Below, one piece after another: positions 57,367-64,000 of a DNA stretch of 64,000 bases. Each line of letters opens with the position of its first letter. Position 1 is the stretch's first letter. The translations under genes and the position numbers were made by a program. Source of the DNA: Nemertoderma westbladi (lineage: Eukaryota; Animalia; Xenacoelomorpha); contig JAUCBJ010007844.1 in the NCBI GenBank assembly GCA_032718475.1, forward strand, positions 50,119-114,118, in the 5' to 3' direction. Below the pieces are notes generated by a model. It saw only the letters and a program-made list of their open reading frames with translations. It ran no database searches and was not told where the DNA came from.

Positions 57367-59977
57367 ATGGAGTCCATCATACAGCAGTTAGAACCAGTAC
57401 TCCTATATGGAGTCTATCATACAGCAGTTAGAACCAGTACTCCTATATGGAGTCCATCAATCATAAGTTAGAACCAGTACTCCTTTATGGAGTCCATCAT
57501 ACAGTAATTAGAACCAGTACTCCTCAATCAGCAGTTAGAACCAGTACTCCTTTATGGAGTCCATCAATCAGAAGTTAGAACCAGTACTCCTATATGGAGT
57601 CCATCATACAGCAGTTAGAACCAGTACTCCTATATGGAGTCCATTATACAGCAGTTAGAATCAGTACTCCTATATGGAGTTCATCAATCAGCAGTTAGAA
57701 CCAGTACTCCTATATGGAGTCTATCAATCAGAAGTTAGAACCAGTACTCCTTTATGGAGTCCATCATACAGTAATTAGAACCAGTACTCCTATATGGAGT
57801 CCATCAATCAGAAGTTAGAACCAGTACTCCTATATGGAGTCCATCAATCAGAATCAGAAGTTAGAACCAGTACTCATATATGGAGTCCATCATACAGCAG
57901 TTAGAACAAGTACTCCTATATGGAGTCCATCATACAGCAGTTAGAACCAGTACTCCTATATGGAGTCCATCATACAGCAGTTAGAACCAGTACTCCTATA
58001 TGGAGTCCATCATACAGCAGTTAGAACCAGTACTCCTATATGGAGCATTAATCAGCAGATAGAACCAGGAACCAGTACTCCTATATGGATTCCATCATAC
58101 AGCAGTTAGAACCAGTACTCCTATATGGAGTCCATCAATCAGAAGTTAGAACCAGTACTCCTATATGGATTCCATCAATCAGCAGTTAGAACCAGTACTC
58201 CTATATGGAGTCCATCATACAGCAGTTAGAACCAGTACTCCTATATGGAGTCCATCATACGGCAGTTAGAACCAGTACTCCTATATGGAGTCCATCATAC
58301 AGCAGTTAGAACCAGTACTCCTATATGGAGTCCATCATACAGCAGTTAGAACCAGTACTCCTATATGGAGTCCATCATACGGCAGTTAGAACCAGTACTC
58401 CTATATGGAGTCCATCATACAGCAGTTAGAACTCCTATATGGAGTCCATCATACAGCAGTTAGAACCAGTACTCCTATATGGAGTCCATCATACAGCAGT
58501 TAGACCCAGTACACCTATATGGAGTCCATCAATCATAAGTTAGAACCAGTACTCCTATATGGAGTCCATCATACAGCAGTTAGAACCAGTACTCCTATAT
58601 GGAGTCCATCATACAGAAGTTAGAACCAGTACTCCTATATGGAGTCCATCATACAGCAGTTAGAACCAGTACTCCTATATGGAGTCCATCATACAGCAGT
58701 TAGAATCAGTACTCCTATATGGAGTCCATCATACAGCCTATATGGAGTCCATCAATCAGAAGTTAGAACCAGTACTCCTATATGGATTCCATCAATCAGC
58801 AGTTAGAACCAGTACTCCTATATGGAGTCCATCATACAGCAGTTAGAACCAGTACTCCTATATGGATTCCATCATACGGCAGTTAGAACCAGTACTCCTA
58901 TATGGAGTCCATCATACGGCAGTTAGAACCAGTACTCCTATATGGAGTCCATCATACAGCAGTTAGAACTCCTATATGGAGTCCATCATACAGCAGTTAG
59001 AACCAGTACTCCTATATGGAGTCCATCATACAGCAGTTAGACCCAGTACACCTATATGGAGTCCATCAATCATAAGTTAGAACCAGTACTCCTATATGGA
59101 GTCCATCATACAGCAGTTAGAACCAGTACTCCTATATGGAGTCCATCATACAGCAGTTAGAACCAGTACTCCTATATGGAGTCCATCATACAGCAGTTAG
59201 AACCAATACTCCTATATGGAGTCCATCATACAGCAGTTAGAACCAGTACTCCTATATGGAGTCCATCATACAGCCTATATGGAGTCCATCAATCAGAAGT
59301 TAGAACCAGTACTCCTATATGGAGTCCATCAATCAGAATCAGAAGTTAGAACCAGTACTCCTATATGGAGTCCATCATACAGCAGTTAGAACCAGTACTC
59401 CTATATGGAGTCCATCAATCATAAGTTAGAACCAGTACTCCTATATGGAGTCCATCATACAGCAGTTAGAACCAGTACTCATATATGGAGTCCATCATAC
59501 AGAAGTTAGAACCAGTACTCCTATATGGAGTCCATCATACAAAAGTTAGAACCAGTACTCCTATATGGAGTCCATCATACAGCAGTTAGAACCAGTACTC
59601 CTATATGGAGTCTATCAATCAGAAGTTAGAACCAGTACTCCTTTATGGAGTCCATCATACAGTAATTAGAACCAGTACTCCTCAATCAGCAGTTAGAACC
59701 AGTACTCCTTTATGGAGTCCATCAATCAGAAGTTAGAACCAGTACTCCTATATGGAGTCCATCAATCAGAAGTTAGAACCAGTACTCCTATATGGAGTCC
59801 ATCAATCAGAAGTTAGAACCAGTACTCCTATATGGAGTCCATCATACAGCAGTTAGAACCAGTACTCCTATATGGAGTCCATCAATCAGAATCAGAAGTT
59901 AGAACCAGTACTCCTATATGGAGTCCATCATACAGCAGTTAGAACAAGTACTCCTATATGGAGTCCATCATACAGCA
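57363..59977 (+). repeat. 40-bp satellite array, segment 5
   Basis: Same monomer; ends abruptly mid-monomer at ...CATACAGCA. Confidence 0.99.
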
Positions 59978-61333
59978 TGTAAGCGCGTATTATTTACGTT
60001 ATACTGTTTCGGGATAACATTATTGATGGCAGTTTAATCTAATTAGTATATTTACGTAAGTTATCAAAATAGTTAATGTTATTAACCAAGTTTACAGTCT
60101 AACTTACTTTGTGGCTCGCCCCATAGGCAGGATCGTTATCTGCTTGCATTATTATACTGTATGTAGCCCATTGTATTATTGCAAATAGAACATATCATGT
60201 TCATTTACTAGACGTAAGATGGCGTATTGCTAGCTGATATATATAGGCATGACACAGCAGTGTTAGAACCATTATTACTACTATTATTATCATTGTTATC
60301 TGATATCTGACTTCCGGTGGCAGTGTGACATTCAGTATTTTGATGGTACCGGTAGCGGTAATATGAATCCGTCAATGTATATGGAGTAGCCGGGCCTATT
60401 TCGGGCTGTTGGCCGGTTCAGTCTGGGATGTGATAGGGCTAGTTTGCGCTAGGGTTTCACGGGATTATTTATATTGTGGGGGGCTTATTTTATATGGTAC
60501 GGTATCAAAATTAAAAATACTATAATGTTCAATGTATTGTGGTAATTATTGTGATACGTAACAAAGCCCCACAGTTTTATTTAGTGCTATTGCAAATGAT
60601 ATTGCTAATGTTATTGCTATTGCTATAAATTACTATAAATTGCTGTACATCGTTTTATATTCGAGTAATAATTTCGTAATTGCATTTCAGTATTTGATTG
60701 ACATGACATATTAAACGTAAAATAAATAAGAAAGTTTTGTATGAAACTTGAGCATTTCAAAAGCATCTAACTCTCAATTAAAAGAGGGGAAAAACAAGGG
60801 GTTTTTATTCGATGTCCATGTGACGCCTTAACGCGCTCACATTTTCTAAATAAAACTTGTTCGGGTTGCCAGTTCTGTTCTTTTCTGGGTTCTAGGATTG
60901 GGCAATTAATCGCGTGTGCGTGTGTTGCTCCTCTCGTCTGTAGCCCGCATGTCTGCATGTTGCATGAACCTGTAATGACTGCGATGGGGTGTGTTGTGCG
61001 CGTTACATTGCTGCTGTTCTGTTCTCCTGTTACAGCTGTACTGTAGGCGAATGAATATATTAGGATTAGGCTGTAGGGAGTAGCAGTTTGTACCAGTAGG
61101 AATTACGGCAACCGGTATTCTGGTATTGAATAGAATACCGGTATCCATGTTTGAAAATCAGTCTGACTGTATGACAGTATGAGTATTGGGTAGCATAGGC
61201 TACTACTGTAGGTGTAGGCTACTACATATACCATGCTGCTGTGTTATATCTGTCTTCATGTCGGTGTGTTTATCTGCCAGTGTTGTGTGCGTGTTATGGC
61301 TGTCTGGTTGTATGGTCTGTAAGTCTGTGGCAC

Positions 61334-61370
61334 GGGGGAAGGGGGGGGGGGGGGGGGGGGGGTCGCGGGG
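61334..61370 (+). repeat. Poly-G tract
   Basis: GGGGGAA(G)22TCGCGGGG. Confidence 0.85.
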
Positions 61371-62786
61371 ATACCGTAGGGTGTGCATGTGATGTATGTA
61401 TGTGCATGTGTAGTGTAGAGTAGTAGGCTAAGTATCATGTATCAAGTACTGAAGTAGGCTTTATCAATTATGGCATGACAGTATAGCTTGATAACCAGGC
61501 AAATCTGCAGCTGTATGATTGTATGAATATATGGCTGTATGGAGTATGATTGTAGTTTGTGTTCCTCAGTGTAAATTAGTTGTGGGATCCAGTTTGTGGA
61601 TTTAACCGGTAATCCAGATCGTGGCCTGCAAACACACCGTGGAATATCGTGTTTGGAGATTCTGTTCTAAGGAAGCATGGTAGAGGCGATTTCTACACAA
61701 ATTATCGATCCTGTTTGATGCCCCTTGGATGGACCTCGGCTGCTTACCTACTGTTACAAATTTCAGCTTAGTATAAAAATAATAGCCACCAGTCAGTCAT
61801 TCAGAATCCAAGGGTTTGTATAACTGTACATAATTTTGACAGTAATACTCTGACACTTGCAATAAATTGACATACGGAATCGGCAGACGCACATGCCTTT
61901 ATGGAGTGATGTATCCTGTAGCCTGACACTCTCCACTCTCAGGTAAGGGTATTTCAGTATTTCAGCATTTAGTTTATTTACATATATACAGATATATATA
62001 TATGTACCATGTATGAACCACAACATACATGCTGCGTTATTAATGGTTCGTAACTAGCCATACGTCTGTAATCCTAAGACACCGAGCTGTGTCTTCAGCC
62101 TGATTTGCTATTATAAACTAAAGCATAATTTTAATTTTAACGATTGTATTTTGCCGCATTTATTTTATGCGCATGACATTCAGAATTATTTTATTACTGT
62201 ATGAATTGAATATTTTCGTAAAAGGCAGAAATAAGCCTAAAACACATAGGCCTACCACCTAGGCCGTTAATACTGTAATACTTGGGTTATTTATCCTGTT
62301 GAGACAGACAACAATATCAGGCATATTAATCGTGCCAGTGAATCAGCTGCATGTATACCATTACATGCCATTGTATCAGGCCTATTCGTGTAGGCCCACT
62401 GACTCTAACATTTTGATAGCTAGTTCTTCTGAATGTACCAAACCCATATGCTGTTTCAGTATATATATATATAATATATACCGGTATTATTATAGGCATT
62501 AGGTCTACATTCTGCATTAGTACATTCTTACTTTCTACTGTTCTAGTAACAGTAACAAACTGAAAATATTACTAGCTAAACAGAACATTAAATTACATTT
62601 GATTTAAACATTATATTTACCAGTATCTCACCATACAGCCATGGGCAACATTATATATATTAATATTATATAGGTCTATAAAATACTGTGATCTGAGTAC
62701 CGGTAGACATTTATTTTATGTCTTATTAATACATAATAAATTAGTAAATTGTCTATAATATAATACACTCTGTTACATAATCGAGT

Positions 62787-64000
62787 ATGTCTAATATACA
62801 ACAACCTCGCCAAACAACAGCCAATAGTACTGCTTTATCTTCTTCCAGTAACAGCCCTATTAACACTGTGGTTGTGGTAGGCGGAGACTCTTCTGCCATT
62901 AGCGATACCAGTACACATAATGTACATCAATCAACAGAGAATAACAATGTGGCACTGCCTCCTATTGCACATACCACTGGTGATGATGCTATTTTACAAG
63001 GCAATACGCAGATAAATATTAATCAGCCTACTCAGACAAATACTTTACAACATGGCGGAGAAATTGTTGGTTCTATGCATACTGTTAATAGTGTACCAAA
63101 GCAATATTTGAGCACCATAACATCAACACGAGTGGATCCTGAGCCATCACGTCCTACTCGGAATCCCTCATCCGCAGCCATGCAACCTGCTGGTTCTGCC
63201 ACCTCTGGCATTGTACGTAATTACTATGATGATGGTAAGAACCCCTATAGGCAAGCCAATGGTTCACGTAGTAGTTTTAAGAAACTATCACAGCAACTGA
63301 TCACGCAGTGGGCTAAGGAAACTAGTCGAGTTGTACGAAATGAAATTCTTGGGAAATATATACAACGTTATACTGAGACAAGACAAAATTGTACACTGTT
63401 TCTAGACAAGGCAAAATATTTATCAGATAGTCAATCTTACAACCGTATTATTGAAGTTATCACACTGTTGGAAGCTGATTATGTAAAGGATCTGGATATA
63501 TTGAAATTTTACCATACCGACCAAGAAATAACTCAGTTTACAGTGACCCCAGATGATTCAGTTTCACAGGTACCATTACAACCTGTACATCATGTATCTA
63601 ATGTGTCCTGTGTGTCATCCACACTACAAGAAGCTGAACAAGTGCAGAATGAATTTTCATCTTATCAGGATCGAAGACAAACCGAATTGAATGACAAATT
63701 AGTTAACCTTGCTGACCTGCAGAGTCACCTAAGTCGGGTTAGAGAAGAGCAGCGTCGAAGTTTGCAATGTAAAATAGAAGAGCTACAAAAGGATGAACAA
63801 GATGATAGAAACCACTTTAAAACTCTTGAAAATGTAACCAAATTCAAGGCACTTGCAGAAATACATGACCAAGCAACTAAATGTGATGCACAGTTGAAAG
63901 AAATATCTGATAGAGCGAGTCAACCAAGTAAGGTAGACAAATTAATCCACAGACATCACATTGAATCAGCTGCAGCTTCGAAAGCTATCCAAAGTAAATT
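62787..64000 (+). CDS. Gag-like polyprotein N-terminus (BEL/Pao-like), open to window end (>400 codons)
   Basis: Manual translation MSNIQQPRQTTANSTALSSSS...VTPDDSVSQVPLQ...VREEQRRSLQCKIEELQKDEQ...AIQSK with no stop. Disordered N-terminus, then a helical domain, PDDSVSQV and a coiled-coil-like stretch, as in BEL/Pao gag N-termini. Confidence 0.72.
   Translation, partial: MSNIQQPRQTTANSTALSSSSNSPINTVVVVGGDSSAISDTSTHNVHQSTENNNVALPPIAHTTGDDAILQGNTQININQPTQTNTLQHGGEIVGSMHTVNSVPKQYLSTITSTRVDPEPSRPTRNPSSAAMQPAGSATSGIVRNYYDDGKNPYRQANGSRSSFKKLSQQLITQWAKETSRVVRNEILGKYIQRYTETRQNCTLFLDKAKYLSDSQSYNRIIEVITLLEADYVKDLDILKFYHTDQEITQFTVTPDDSVSQVPLQPVHHVSNVSCVSSTLQEAEQVQNEFSSYQDRRQTELNDKLVNLADLQSHLSRVREEQRRSLQCKIEELQKDEQDDRNHFKTLENVTKFKALAEIHDQATKCDAQLKEISDRASQPSKVDKLIHRHHIESAAASKAIQSK

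Larger units (their letters stand above)
59978..64000 (+). mobile_element. Probable BEL/Pao LTR retrotransposon, 5' part (LTR/leader plus start of gag-pol)
   Basis: Sharp junction starting TGTAA; candidate complementary LTR ends TGTTACA at 61752-61758 or 62771-62777; downstream long ORF with a PDDSVSQV motif. The second LTR and pol are not in the window. Confidence 0.6.

Noticed and set aside
1-59977. CRISPR array (40-bp period with a palindromic core)
   Set aside because: No unique spacers, since the variable part takes only a few recurring forms. No cas genes, and the inserts are eukaryotic LINEs.
1-59977. Calling the array centromeric or telomeric, or naming the species
   Set aside because: Cannot be determined from the sequence alone; no TTAGGG/TTAGG tracts or diagnostic markers were seen.
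60767-62517. Small ORFs, including poly-Gly/poly-Pro ones
   Set aside because: Low-complexity non-coding DNA; the homopolymer runs come from the G tract.

Overview
Eukaryotic (metazoan-looking) repetitive DNA with no host genes. About 52 kb is one head-to-tail 40-bp satellite (consensus TAGAACCAGTACTCCTATATGGAGTCCATCATACAGCAGT, internal quasi-palindrome ACTCC-TATAT-GGAGT) with nested higher-order repeats (~0.9 kb, ~2.8-3 kb, ~21-23 kb). Retroelements interrupt it: (1) a 5'-truncated RTE-clade LINE on the minus strand (16155-17585) with a (TAG)n tail and an 84-bp target-site duplication; (2) two tandem copies of a degenerate, 3'-less RTE 5' half (43819-45158, 46667-48002); (3) a 5'-truncated CR1/L2-group LINE with an open PHD-APE-RT frame and a (TCTA)n tail (53878-~57365); (4) a probable BEL/Pao LTR retrotransposon starting at 59978, whose gag-like ORF (62787 to window end) is missing from the ORF track. 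Most notable: the satellite monomer is itself similar (31/37 aligned columns) to the conserved RTE post-RT coding motif (AVxSVLLYGS) in the RTE copy inserted in this array. This suggests a satellite born from RTE coding sequence that now receives retroelement insertions, mostly at its palindrome. All alignments were made by eye.
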